Notes under the pieces: model-generated
Seen by the model: only the letters and a program-made list of their open reading frames with translations
Told to the model about the DNA's origin: nothing
Database searches by the model: none
Translations under genes and position numbers: made by a program
Origin: Octopus sinensis
Taxonomy: Eukaryota
Length of the DNA stretch: 64,000 nucleotides
Assembly (NCBI RefSeq): GCF_006345805.1
Contig: NC_043007.1
Span: forward strand, 23,374,001 to 23,438,000
Direction of reading: 5' to 3'
Shown here: positions 38,441 through 50,905 of the stretch, in pieces
Numbering within the stretch: the stretch's first letter is position 1
Layout of the letters: every line of letters starts with the position of its first letter

Positions 38441-39049
38441 CACGTCGTAAAATCGATAAAACAAAAGCTCGTGCATAGCTGATTAAACTTGCGGATTAAA
38501 CAACATCAACAAAAAGCAATCACCCCCACCCCCACGCCACCCACCCCACCCGCCCCCACCCTCGAAGAAGAAGAAAAAATAAACAAACAACAACCATAGC
38601 CTTATAATAAATGATAACAAAACACGGAGGCGGGGGGGGCGGAAAAAACTTATTACCAGTTGTAAAAATTCTTAAATGAGGCTGTATAAGAAGAAAACAA
38701 AAATGGTTTTCCCACATGGTTCCAAACTACCAGAGAAACCATATGTGTACAAGTTTATCATTAAGAGGCTATCGCGGGTTCACTATTCCATCAACATAAA
38801 CAGCGGACTGAAGAACGTGTTTAGTTTTGAGTTGGGGTTGTTGTTTTTTTATTTTTATTATTATTATTATTATTATTATTTTTAAGAGGGTATTTTTTGT
38901 GTTTTTGTTTTTGTGTTTTTGTTTTTGTTTTTGTTTTTGTTTTGCGTTTTTTTTTTATCTATTTATGGCGGCCGCTTAGTCATTTGATGAGAGGTAAAAA
39001 CGCTTATAGTTTTTGTATGCGTAGATATACCCACACCTACAAACATATA

Positions 39050-39117
39050 GTTATGTGTGTATGAGTATGTTTCTGTGTGTCTGTGAATATATGTGTGTGT
39101 GTATATATATATTTGTG

Positions 39118-39152
<35 letters not shown>

Positions 39153-39770
39153 ATGTGTGTGTGTGTGTATGCATATATTTGTATATATATATGTATATGT
39201 ATATGTGTGTGTGTGTGTGTGCGTGTCTGTATACATTAAGGATATATATATATGTGTATGTATATATATAATTTTCTCTGGATCTCTCACTCTATACATA
39301 AATACACACATATATTTTACACACACACACACACACATATGTATTATATATACACACACACACATATATATATATATATATGTACATAATATACATATAA
39401 ATATATACAATATATGTTTATATATATATATGATATATATTTATACATTAAGATAATACATACATGCGTGCGTATAAATATATATATATATGTATCTGCA
39501 TGTATGTATGTATGTATGTGTATGTGTATGTATGTATGTATGTGTGTGTATGTATGTGTGTATGTATGTATGTATGTATGTATGTATGTGTGTGTATGTA
39601 TGTATGTGTGTATGTATGTATGTATGTGTGTGTATGTATGTATGTGTGTATGTATGTATGTATGTATGTATGTATGTATGTATGTATGTATGTGTGTGTG
39701 TGTATGCATTTAAGTATGTATGTATGTATGTATATACGTATTATACATACATACACATACACATTGTGTA
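39050..39770. repeat. (TA/TG/TATG)n compound microsatellite
   Basis: Direct inspection. Confidence 0.95.
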
Positions 39771-39805
39771 TGTGTAATAAGGGAGAAAGAGAGAGAAAGT
39801 GAGAG

Positions 39806-39836
<31 letters not shown>

Positions 39837-40628
39837 TGGACTGACAGACAGGCTGGCAGGCAGACAGCCGGGCAAGCAGTTGGGTATAAAATAAAAATAA
39901 TATTGATACTCCATGTTTGTACGTAAAACGTTAGCCGACCACGGTGTACATGCGTATGTAATGTTTGCTTTGTGTGTTGTGTGTGTGTGTGTGTGTGTGG
40001 TGTGTGTGTGTGTGTGTGTGATTATATGTAATGTGTATGTGCGTATGTATGTAATGTGTGTACGTGTACATAAACAAAGACTGACAAACTCGCAAAAAGG
40101 GTTATAGGTACATACAGACATAACATACATACATACATTTTTATCTGAGTGAGTGTATATACAAATAAACTTGCAGTCAACTTTCATCCTTTGTTTTCCA
40201 TTGCTTCCATCAGTCTGTCATCTTCTGCATCTTTTCTTCGGCTTTTATTTATTTATGTATTTTGGAGTTTCTTTCCTTTTTGTTGTTGTTTCTTTCCTTT
40301 TTCCCTTTCTATTATTATCGTTCCTTTATTATTATTATTATTATTATTATTATTTTCCTCACTATTTATCTTGTTTCTTTCTCATAAACCGCTTTAGTCG
40401 CCTAGGATTTCATATAACTGTTTCTCCACCCTTAGTAAGCCACATATACATATATATGTCTGTCTCTCTCTCTCTCTCTTTCTCACTCCTCCCCTCTGTT
40501 CCTGTCACTCTCTCAATCTTACTTTCCTTTAATTTCTTTGGTAACCCATCTGTTCCCTCTTTTCTAATTCTCGGTCGTTGCTCTCGTGTGTGCTCCTGTT
40601 ATTCTCTCTCTCTTTCTCTCTCACACTC

Positions 40629-40692
<64 letters not shown>

Positions 40693-40907
40693 CCTATACA
40701 AGCACGATCACATACACACACACACACAACACTTACACGCGCGCGCAGTTCTTCCGCCATACTCCACTTGTTTGCTTCCCTTTTCTTTTCGCGGGATTCT
40801 AAAGATTTAGTGAAACCGTTCCAGCATGCAGAGACAAGTTATCAAATGGCCATGAATACCGTATCATGTTCTTCTTACAATAACATTATGCCAATGAGAA
40901 CGATAAC

Positions 40908-40968
<61 letters not shown>

Positions 40969-41030
40969 CTAGTAGTAGTAGTAGTAGTAGTAGCAGTAGC
41001 AGCTGCACTAGTAGTGGTGGTGGTGGTGGT
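40908..41030. repeat. (GTA)n microsatellite
   Basis: Direct inspection. Confidence 0.95.
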
Positions 41031-41367
41031 TGCTGTTATTCTGCTTGTAACAATAGTAATTATGATTTCTTACATTCGGCCCACGGTCCCGTAGAGCTGT
41101 AATTGAGGAGGTTTGTAAACGATACACAAACAGATTGAGGGTCTTAAATTCAGAAATAACATGCAGAGAGACAAAATCTCAAGAAGTATTATTCTGAAAT
41201 CGTTTCTCACTCTTGGCACAGGAATAAGGGAGTGGGGCCGATGCTTTTTAAATCAGTTCCCCCCAGTTTTCTGTTTCACTGGAAATTAATGTTTATCGGA
41301 CCTGAGAGCTAAATCTGCTGCGATGACATTTGAACTCACAATGTATCTTTTCTCTTTTAGCTTTTAA

Positions 41368-41790
41368 CTTTTACTTGTTTCAGTCGTTAGACTTCGGCCA
41401 CGCTGGGGCACTGCCTTGAAGAATCTTTTAGTTGCATAAATCAACCCCAGTACATAACTTTTTTAAAGCTTGGTACTTATACTTTCGCTCTCTCTCTCTC
41501 TCTCCCTCTTGCCGGTTCGCAGAGATACGGAGACGTAAACAAACCAACACTGTTTGTCAAGCGGTGGTGGGGGACAAACACAGACACAAAGACACACCAC
41601 ACGCACACGCATACATACACACATGCACGCGCATGTACAAACACACACACATATACACGCCGAGCTTCTTTCAATTTCCGTCTAAATCCATTCACAAGGA
41701 GACTATAGTAGAAGACATTTGCGCAAGGTACCACGCGGTGGGATTGAACCTGGAACCAAGTGGTTGGGAAGCAAACTTCTTACCACACTG
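41368..41790 (-). mobile_element. SINE family A, diverged
   Basis: ttttacttgtttcagtc tail through cttctaccacac head. Confidence 0.8.
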
Positions 41791-42260
41791 CCAGGCTAGT
41801 GTCTCTACTTCAAGATATTTTATATCTGCAAATGAGCATTATGCCATTTATTTAAACCTTTGCAACTTCCAGAAGAAAGCCAAAGTAACCAGTCATCCGC
41901 ATATAAATATAGCAATATTCTTGTATTATATTTGATAACAAAGACGGTACGAGTGTAAAGGTGATTAATTCGGTGAAATGCCAAGTGACTACAATATCTC
42001 AGACACAGGTGTTGCAGAAATGAAATTATTATTTATATTAAGAAAAGAAACGTATCCATTATTCCAAATATCACATGTATGGAATAACTGGTGTGAAGAC
42101 ATTATTTATTTTGCGAGAAAATTATCAGGAATCTTAGGCAAAATTCAGAAAAATAAAGAATGTTGATGAATATAAATATTAGACGCTCTTTCGGTGCTTA
42201 ACACTGGACTTTTTAAAGAAGCTGGTTTTTAAAGAAGTTTACGTTATGCTTTATAGTATA

Positions 42261-43305
42261 TACTAGTTGAAGTCAAAAACTTTCTGCACTTTCAGCAAAA
42301 CTTTCCTTAGGTTAGCCACACCGCTTTCAGCGTTCGCATACTAAAAGGTGTACTCTTATGGTTCTGTAATTGAGGTTTGACCTTGATCGCTCCAGTTTTC
42401 TTTCTTGTGTTACAGAGTAAACATGACCTCTCTTCTGGCAGTGTGCACCAAGAAAGAACAGAGATCAGTGATCCGATTTCTCTGGTCTGAACGTGTGTCT
42501 GGAGCAGAAATTCATCACATGCTTTCAGTACAATACGGGGACAGCGCTCAATCGCGAAGAAATGTGTGTGGGTAGATCGAGAAATTTAAAACTGGCTGGA
42601 GAACGTTAAGCACGAAGAGGGAGCAGAGCGTCCATCAACCTCCACCACTGGTGTGAAAATTCAATAAACTCAAAAGTCGGTTCTGGTGAACCGACGAGTG
42701 ACCATCGATGAGGTGGCATGTTTTCTGCAAATTAGTCAGGGTTTGTCCACGATAAACTTCGCTTCCGTAAAATCCGTGCCAGATGAGTGTTAAGAGAGCT
42801 TACCGAAGCGCATAGCGCAATTGTGTGGAGATTTGTCAACGCTCATTTGACCACTACAACGATGAAGGCGAAGCTGTTTTGGAGAGAATAGTCACAAGAG
42901 ATGAGACATGGATCCATCACTTTGAGCCAGAATCCAAAAGACAGAGTATGGAGTGGAAAGATCCGGAATCGCCAGCGAAATAGAAATTCGTGACTCAACC
43001 ATCCGCAGAAAAAGTGATGTTAATCTTTTGAGAGTGAGATGCAAAAAGGTCCTATACTGGAACATTATTCGGAAAAGGGGTCTACAGTCACCGGTGTAGG
43101 CTACAATGAAATGCTGGTCAACAAACTGAATCCAGCAATTCGAATTAAACGCTGATGTCTATTGTCCTAAGCTTATGAACTGCTGGAAGAAGTGCATCGA
43201 AAAGCAAGGAGATTATGTCGATAAATGATGTGACTGTTCCGCCTCTGTTTTGTTTTAATAAATTACAGAAACAAGAATGCGTTTAATTTTTGACTTCCCC
43301 TCGTA
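42261..43305 (+). mobile_element. Mariner transposon, internally deleted
   Basis: Right TIR gcgtttaatttttgacttcccctcgTA; eroded left TIR TActagttgaagtcaaaaa; transposase remnants inside. Confidence 0.8.
42423..43160 (+). pseudogene. Mariner transposase pseudogene (N-terminal two thirds)
   Basis: MTSLLAVCTKKEQRSVIRFLWSERVSGAEIHH... and LERIVTRDETWIHHFEPESKRQSMEW (mariner IVTGDETW motif); stops and frameshifts. Confidence 0.85.
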
Positions 43306-43558
43306 TAATAGAGCCAGAAACGAATAGGATCAGTTTATGGCCTATAATTCTGTGGACTGACATAATTCTTGTATAAATACATAAAATATACAGTCAGCCG
43401 TCGCTCGCGAATGATTATGGCTAGGTAACATATGCTATAATTTTGCTAATTGTCTTAGGTGCCCATCTAGTCACAAGCAGACATAGAGACCCTCGTAAAC
43501 ATGACCTAGCAGCACATATGACAGCTGAAGAGAGAGAGGTGATTGCACTGACTCTAGG

Positions 43559-43791
43559 AAGGCGGCGACTTGGCAGAACCGTTAGCACGCCGGGCGAAAT
43601 GCGTAGCCGTATTTCGTCTGCCGTTACGTTCTGGGTTCAAATTCCGCCGAGGTCGACGTTGCCTTTCATCTTTTTGGGGTCGATAAATTAAGTACCAGTT
43701 ACGCACTGTGGTCGATGTAATCGACTTAATCCGTTTGTCTGTCCTTGTTTATCCCCTCTGTGTTTAGCCCCTTGTGGGTAGTAAAGAAAAG
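43559..43791 (+). mobile_element. SINE family B monomer with TSD
   Basis: 18-bp TSD gattgcactgactctagg (43541-43558 / 43792-43809). Confidence 0.92.
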
Positions 43792-44395
43792 GATTGCACT
43801 GACTCTAGGCTATTTCTTATTACAGCTGGCTAGTATAGTAAAACGAGAAATAAAATGTCTTGCTTACGAACACGGCACGCTACTCGGATTAGGAACTGAA
43901 AACACTCTTAACCACCAGTCCAACCGTCTTCACTTAAATACGTAAATAAATAGATAGATAAGAAATAGCTCTTGCTTGTTAAAGAAATATATTCAATGAT
44001 AAGATCATTAAAAGGATATCTATTTACAACATAGGTTTTATTATATTTTTTTTCAGTATGTCTTCTCCATAAATGTCTACACTAATTTGAAAATAGTATT
44101 CGTGCATGAATCCTATCTTAATTCCTAAACTTTAAAATTATTGTAGAATCTATAAGGAAGGCATTTATCAAATTGAAAAGAAAAGACAAATAAGACGTTT
44201 TTAAAGCGAGAAGAAGCAAAAAAGATTATATTGGAATTATAATATTAAGAAGAATTCTGAGAATAATTTGTGAAAAACGTTGAAGTAAACTTTGGCATAT
44301 TAGAAACTTCATTGAATATGAAATCTTTTTGAAACTCAAAAAAAAAAACTCGAAAGTGAAGACTAAACGCTTCTAGAAAGTGTGTTAACGACTTA

Positions 44396-44708
44396 TTTAT
44401 TTTTTATTTATGCGCCCTTTTCAAGCCTAGCCAGGCTCATGGGCCCGGTTTCCTGGTTTCTGTGGCGTATGTGTTCCCCCCAGCTGGACGGGATGCCAGT
44501 CCGTCGCAGCGTTACTCAAGAAACAGGAAGAAAGAGTGAGAGAAAGTTGGGGCGGATGAGTACAACAGGGGTTCTTCCCTGCTGGAGCCTCGTGGAGCTT
44601 TAGGTGTTTTCGCTCAATCAACACGCACAACGCCCGGTCTGAGAATTGAAACCACGATCCTCCGACCACGAGTCCGCTGCACTAACCACTGGGCCATTGC
44701 GCCTCCAC
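44396..44708 (-). mobile_element. SINE family D with tail T1 and TSD
   Basis: 13-bp TSD tgttaacgactta (44383-44395 / 44709-44721); A-rich tail. Confidence 0.9.
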
Positions 44709-44767
44709 TGTTAACGACTTAGGACCAGAATAACCAAAAAATGTAGCATATAACCAATAGACAATAT

Positions 44768-44957
44768 CGGGCGACACGTTGTGTTCTTGAGCAAAACACT
44801 TCATTTCACGTTGCTCCAGTCCACTCAGCTAGCAAAACTGAGTAACGCTGCGATGGACTGGCGTCCCGTCCAGCTGGGGAACACATATGCCATTGAAACC
44901 AGGAAACCGGGCCCATGAGCCTGGCTAGGCTTTAAAATGGCGCATTCATTCATTCAT
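44768..44957 (+). mobile_element. SINE family C with tail T1, 5'-truncated
   Basis: gttgtgttcttgagcaaaacacttcatttcacg core, T1 tail, (CATT)n end. Confidence 0.85.
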
Positions 44958-45471
44958 ATTTCCGGTGTGCTAGATGAGTGCATCAAATTCACCTAGATTG
45001 ACAGATTTGTCTTAAATATTGAGCTCACTCAACAATGTAACAATAGTTCATGATTATATAAGCTATTTTCTTTTCTGTATTGTGATGAATGTTGTGACCG
45101 TTGTTCGGAGTTAGCAGGTCACATCCAAAGATTGTTGTCTCATCATATTGCACGGGAAGAATGTTGATGGCAAATTGGAAAAGCGATAAAAATCAGGACA
45201 GAACGGTGAGGGACATTCCACTCACACAAATCTTGTACTCGTTTTCATTGTGGGAAGTTATAACACGCAAACACACACATACACACGTATATGTATATAT
45301 ATACATATATGTGGCGCTCTTCCGCACAGTTTCTATCCGTCTTACAAATTCTACTCAGAAAGCATTAGTCTATTGTTAACTATGGTAGAATGCATTTGCG
45401 CAAGGTACCACACAATGAATCGAACCTGTAACTCCGTAGATACAATAGCAAAATCCTCACTAACGCAGCAT

Positions 45472-45748
45472 ACCTCCTCCTCCTCCTCTACCTCCTCCTC
45501 TACTTCCTCCTCTACTTCCTCTCCTTCTTCCTCCTCTTCTTCTTCTTCCTCTTCCTCTTCTTCTTCCTCCTCTTCCTCTTCTTCTTCCTCCTCTTCTTCC
45601 TCCTCTTCTTCCTCCTCTTCTTCCTCCTCTTCCTCCTCTTCTTTCTCCTCTTCTTCCTCCTTTACTTTCTCCTCTTCTTCCTCCTCCTCTTCTTGTTCCT
45701 CCTCTTCTTCCTACTCTTCTTCCTCCTCCTCTTCTTCTTCTTCTTCTT
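45472..45748. repeat. (TCC/TCT)n polypyrimidine tract
   Basis: Direct inspection; source of the poly-Ser ORF. Confidence 0.95.
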
Positions 45749-46399
45749 TACACCCAGGTCAGCCTCGATTGAGCAGACATATACTCAAAGTCACTCCAGT
45801 CGTGTGTTTTCTTGTTCTTTCACAGATATATAGAACTCCATTGCCTCATACATTCGTTCTTTATTCGTAGCAGTAGGGTGCGATTCGACGCATGCTCCAC
45901 TGCTATTTCTAATAGGTCGAACGACACTGAAGAGTTTTGTGTCGTTAGCTGATTGTAACAGCTGACAACACTAATTTGCAATTTCGCCTTCATACTTCGG
46001 TAGGAAAAAATAACGTGTTAATGCATTGTTTTTCTTTCAAAACTATAGGCAATGAGTGTTGGAAATTAAGAGATATCAGTGCCAAGAAAACAAAGATCTA
46101 ATCTTCGCTGAGGTGACAGTGTTAATTACAATACATAATGAATAAATGGATATAACTAAAGCTGTTAAGCAACTACAGTTGATATATATTCACTTGATTA
46201 CTTTTCTATGTGCGTGACTAAAACTAATGAAACTTAATCATACAAGAAAGGAATCAAACTAAATAATCTAAAGCAGGTTGTGCAAGGATTAGCTAAAATT
46301 TTATGTGAAAAGAAGGGAGATGAAAAATGTGCCAAGACTGCATCGAAAGAAACCGAAGGAGTAAACTAAGCATTAACGTAGAACGGGAAATATAATATT

Positions 46400-47132
46400 G
46401 GTTTTCAATTTTTGGCATAAACCCAGCGGTTTCTGGATAAGGATAAGTCGTTTACATCGACCTCGACTGCTCAGCTGGTTCTTATATTTTATTGTTTTCT
46501 GCTCTAGGCACATGGCCCGAAATTTTGGGGGAGGGAGCCAGTCGATTAGATCGACCCCGGTACGCAACAGGTACTTAATTTATCGACCTCGAAACGATGA
46601 AAGGCAAAGTCGACCTCGGTGGAATTTGAACTAAAAACGTAAAGGCGGACGAAATGCCGATAAGCATTTTGCCCGGCGTCCTAACGATTCTGCCAGCTCC
46701 TCACCTTAACTAGAAATATATTTCTTTTCAAATTTTGGCACAAGGCCAACAATTTGTGGTGGCGGGGAAGTCGATTGCATCAACCCCAGTGTTCAACTGG
46801 TACTTATTTTATCAACCTCGGAAGGTTGAAAGGCGAAGTCGACCTTAAGGGAATTTGAACACAGAACGTAAAGAAGGATAAAACAGTGGTGATGATGGTG
46901 ATGGTGATGATGATGATGATGATGATGATGATGAGATGATGATGATGATGATGATGATGATGATACGTTCTGAGTTCAAATTCCGCCGAGGTCGACTTTG
47001 CCTTTCATCCTTTCGGGGTCGATTAAATAATTACCAGTTACGCACTGGGTCGATTTAATCGACTTAATCCGTTTGTCTGTTCTTCTTTGTCCTCTCTGTG
47101 TTTAGCCCCTTGTGGATAGTAAAGAAATAGGT
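46400..47132. mobile_element. Cluster of SINE family B copies (46490-46706 minus, 46725-46885 minus, 46965-47132 plus)
   Basis: Repeated family B body in both orientations around a (GAT)n tract. Confidence 0.8.
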
Positions 47133-47679
47133 AGTGTCTTTACTGGTTTTACTAAGTATACTGTATACCGAAGTGGGCGTTATAATAATCCAGCATCAAA
47201 TAGATATAACAATAATATAAATTATAATATAAAAATCGAGTCTGTAATAGATTATATCTTTGATGTCATTTCCTCATATGTATATCACTCAGTTGTCTGG
47301 CAAATAATATAAATGTTGTCCATGTCATAGATTATATTTTCAATTTCGATTCAAAGTTAAAACGCTTCATACGTAGACCGCAGCAGAATATCATTACAAG
47401 TATAAACACGCTCGCACACATGCACGTTTAAGTCTGTGGGAGCGTGCGCAATATACAATACACGCAAACAATTCGAAGCAAAATTAGATCAGATTTTAAT
47501 TAAACAATCAAATACGATGTTTACTGCTTTTATACATTAAAACTCAAGGTCAAAACAAATCTAAGTGACTAACACAGACAGTGTCTGTCACAGTAATTAA
47601 CTGCAGTTTTAATGTAATGAGTTGGAAATTAAACTAAATGAGCTGAATAATTTCTATGGAAATATAAGGAAGATGATGA

Positions 47680-47860
47680 CGACGATATTCAGGATTTAGC
47701 ACCCAAAAACTTGATAACATCAGAAGAAAAATTCCAGACATTCTCGGGTGGAGAGGTTCGCATTCAAATAGAAACCTATTATACTGTACAGAATCATTAT
47801 TTATGGAACTCGGAGAAACATAAAGAGTATATTTTATAAGCTAATCGGGCTTAGAACAAA
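47680..47860 (+). mobile_element. Possible decayed hAT transposase remnant
   Basis: FSGGEVRIQIETYYTV resembles the hAT 'FKIETFYxIIDxLxxEL' region; heavily decayed. Confidence 0.25.
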
Positions 47861-48524
47861 GAACTGTTTTCAATAGATAAACCATCAAGTAGATGTAATA
47901 CTGAGGCTGAAATATAAAGGAATTTAACGCAAAGAAAACTACACTGAAACAAGGAGCAGAAATGAACTATGATAGAAATACGTAGATGAGAATGCTAAAT
48001 CAAGATTTTCACAGACCAATACAAAATATATCTGATATCTGAATATGACGGTTAAATCTGCAGAACAGCTTAAACTGACTCAAATCTGAGGGATATCTCA
48101 TACGGGATATCTGAGGGATATCTCATAAGGTTGGAGAACAGCATTGTTGTCATTTCCAAACCAAGGATGTAATGCAGTATCATCTACAATGCAAATGCAT
48201 ATGAACGTTCTGATTTGTATGGTAGTTCGAATACGTCGCTGGCGTAGCACCACTCTTTGGTCCTTGTGTGTCTATAGCAGAGTTTATTTTGTTGCAAGCA
48301 TTCTGATCAAACTTGCACTGGATCCCTGTCCACCCATATTTTTCCTGCTGATATCAGATTCGGAGCATTGGCTGCTTCAGTGACAACAATATGGAAGGGT
48401 TTTTCAAAGGTTACGGGCACTGACAAACTAATTTTCAAATAAAGGTTCTAGACAAACAGCGCAGAAGCTGAGTCTTTTCTTTTTGCCCTGAATCAGAGTT
48501 TAATCACCAGATGCTATATGGAAA

Positions 48525-48735
48525 ATTTAAGAGAGTCAAGCCTATTGAAAAGGTTGCACGACGCAACGAAAATTTTAGGAAAATAAAAATAAGAAATAAG
48601 TGGAAATTTTGCCGGTGAGTGTGTTAAATTATAAGGCATAAAAAGAAAATTACTCTCCCCAGATACAACAGAATATGCTTCAACACACGAACTCATATAA
48701 AGAATCTTGCAAACCAAATCCAAAAACGAAAATTT
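48525..48735 (+). mobile_element. Penelope-like terminal repeat module
   Basis: 3' part homologous to 11657-11797; carries a hammerhead motif. Confidence 0.65.
48541..48579 (+). ncRNA. Minimal hammerhead motif with U3-A8 core variant
   Basis: CCUA-UUGAAAA-G-GUUGC(acgac)GCAAC-GAAA-AUUU^UAGG: stems I and II perfect; palindromic AAAUUU stem III. Confidence 0.65.
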
Positions 48736-49103
48736 AAGAGTTACACAGTAAAATCTTGAGAGAGGAGACATTTAGTCAAATGAGAATACAAACACTGTTA
48801 ATCGATGCTTTTTATAAACTGATCGAACTGCAAATGATGATTGCATATAATAAAAGACCCATATTTCGAAACTCTCTCGTAGATATTTCACTTATTTATC
48901 AATCACCCGTGGAGAGCAGCTTACATTGACCCTACACGACGCTCGATTTTGTGCAGAGTTAGTACGCATAATTGCTTCCACATTTTGTACACTAGTACCA
49001 AGTCGCTCACCAGCCATTCTCTAATGAACGCGTTATCTCCTCCTCTTTTACAGCGACTTCAGTGGCCTCTACTTCTCGAATCTAGATGCCCTCCTGCAAT
49101 CTT

Positions 49104-49524
49104 ATTTCTTTATTGCCCACAAAGGGTTAAACATTGAAAGGGAAAAACAAGGACAGACAAACGGATTAAGTCGATTACATCGACCCCAGTGCGTAACTGG
49201 TACTTAATTTATCGACCCCGAAAGGATGAAAGGCAAAGTCGACCTCGGCGGAATTTGAACTCAGAACGTAGCGGTAGACGAAATACCTATTTCTTTACTA
49301 TCCACAAGGGGCTAAACATAGAGTGGACAAACAAGGACAGACAAAGGGATTAAGTCGATTACATCGACCCCAGTGCGTAACTGGTACTTAATTTATCGAC
49401 CCTGAAAAGATGAAAGGCAAAGTCGATCTCGGCGGAATTTGAACTCAGAACGTAAAGACAGACGAAATACCACTAAGCATTTCTTCCGGTATGCCAACGT
49501 TTCTGCCAGATCGCCAGATTGCTT
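49104..49524 (-). mobile_element. SINE family B dimer with TSD
   Basis: Two tandem bodies and one head; 12-bp TSD tcctgcaatctt (49092-49103 / 49525-49536). Confidence 0.88.
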
Positions 49525-50257
49525 TCCTGCAATCTTGCAGTTGTTCAAGATCACCAATCACATCAATCTGTTTAGTCTTGAGGGCCTTCGAAGCCCATGA
49601 GTGCAATCTCTTCCTGAAGACAAAATTATCATTTAAAAAATTGATATTCGCCTGGCCATTGAATTCAGTAAAGATGATCACCAGTTGAGAGATACATTAT
49701 ACTTTAAAAGATTTTTAGCAACTGCTTGTATTTGCGGAGTTAATGTCTCTGTATTGCAAACGTTACCTGCGTTACTTAAATTACCTGATAAATTCCAAGA
49801 GCCAAAACCAAACACTAAATGCATGTTTTCTTTATCTGTCAGTAAACACTTAAAAGGTTTTCAAAAAAGAAAAGACATTTCGGATTGAGTAAGAAGTTAA
49901 ATGATAAGATATTTCTCGAGCAAACAGGATTATGCAGAAATCACCGCATTATCATATCAGGATTCTGTATTAATCATTTTAGATAATAGCTTGAATTTCC
50001 GAACAGAAGGTTATTCCGGAATTGGAGTTTAAAACTGAGTAGTTAAGAAGCTCGCTTTGGAACCTCGCAGTTTCAGGTTCAGTCAAAATCTTTAACAGGT
50101 TGTATTAGACTATATTGCTTCCATGTATATAAATGCAGAAGGGTCACATCTGGAACGCCTTTGCTGATACTTTTCGTACGCATACATCATCCAGATGCAA
50201 CATAGAGTAGCAATATCACATATCAAACTTGAACATACATACAAACGTATGTATATA

Positions 50258-50341
<84 letters not shown>

Positions 50342-50389
50342 TACGCATGCACACACACGTACATACATACATTCATAAATATATATTAT

Positions 50390-50590
50390 TTTCTTTTATT
50401 CGTTTCAGTCATTTGACTGCGGCCATGCTGTAGCACCGTTTTTAGTCGAACAAATCGATCCCAGGACTTATTCTTTGTAAGCTTAGTACTTATTCTAGCG
50501 GTTTCTTTTGCCGAACCGCTGGTTTACGGGGACGTAAACACACCAACTTTGGTTGTCAAGAGATGGTGGGGACAAACACAGACACACAAT
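50390..50590 (-). mobile_element. SINE family A, 3' half
   Basis: gtttcagtcatttgactgcggccatgctg...gacaaacacagacacac. Confidence 0.85.
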
Positions 50591-50649
50591 GCAAAAGTGT
50601 CGTAAGTCCAAAACGTTGTTTTTTTTTTTTAGAAAACAAAAAAATAGTT

Positions 50650-50753
50650 TCACCATTCCATAGCAAAACCGCTGTATTTCACTTTGACAATTTTCGATAT
50701 CTTGGCATCTGAATCAGCTGGAGGTACGATAGTTTGACCAAAAGAAGCGGCTA
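50650..50753 (-). CDS. Candidate host exon (unverified)
   Basis: Pyrimidine-rich acceptor ttcatttttgcttgcAG then an open, non-repetitive frame AASFGQTIVPPADSDAKISKIVKVKYSGFAMEW*; donor weak or terminal exon. Confidence 0.2.
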
Positions 50754-50860
50754 CTGCAAGCAAAAATGAATATTGGGAAAAACGCATTTGGCCAAATTTG
50801 AACATAAACAGTTTAACATAATAGCAACGATGTGTGTGTGTGCATGGATACACACAACCA

Positions 50861-50867
50861 GAGAGAT

Positions 50868-50902
<35 letters not shown>

Positions 50903-50905
50903 GAG

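Noticed and set aside
37834-38482. Poly-His/Ile/Met/Asp ORFs resembling metal-binding or structural proteins
   Set aside because: Translations of (ATC)/(ATT)n; open on both strands; no splice or start context
40153-41094. 313-aa hydrophobic ORF, the longest in the track
   Set aside because: Built from T-rich sequence plus (TC)n and (GTA)n repeats; no domain signature
45250-45870. Poly-Ser ORF
   Set aside because: (TCC/TCT)n microsatellite
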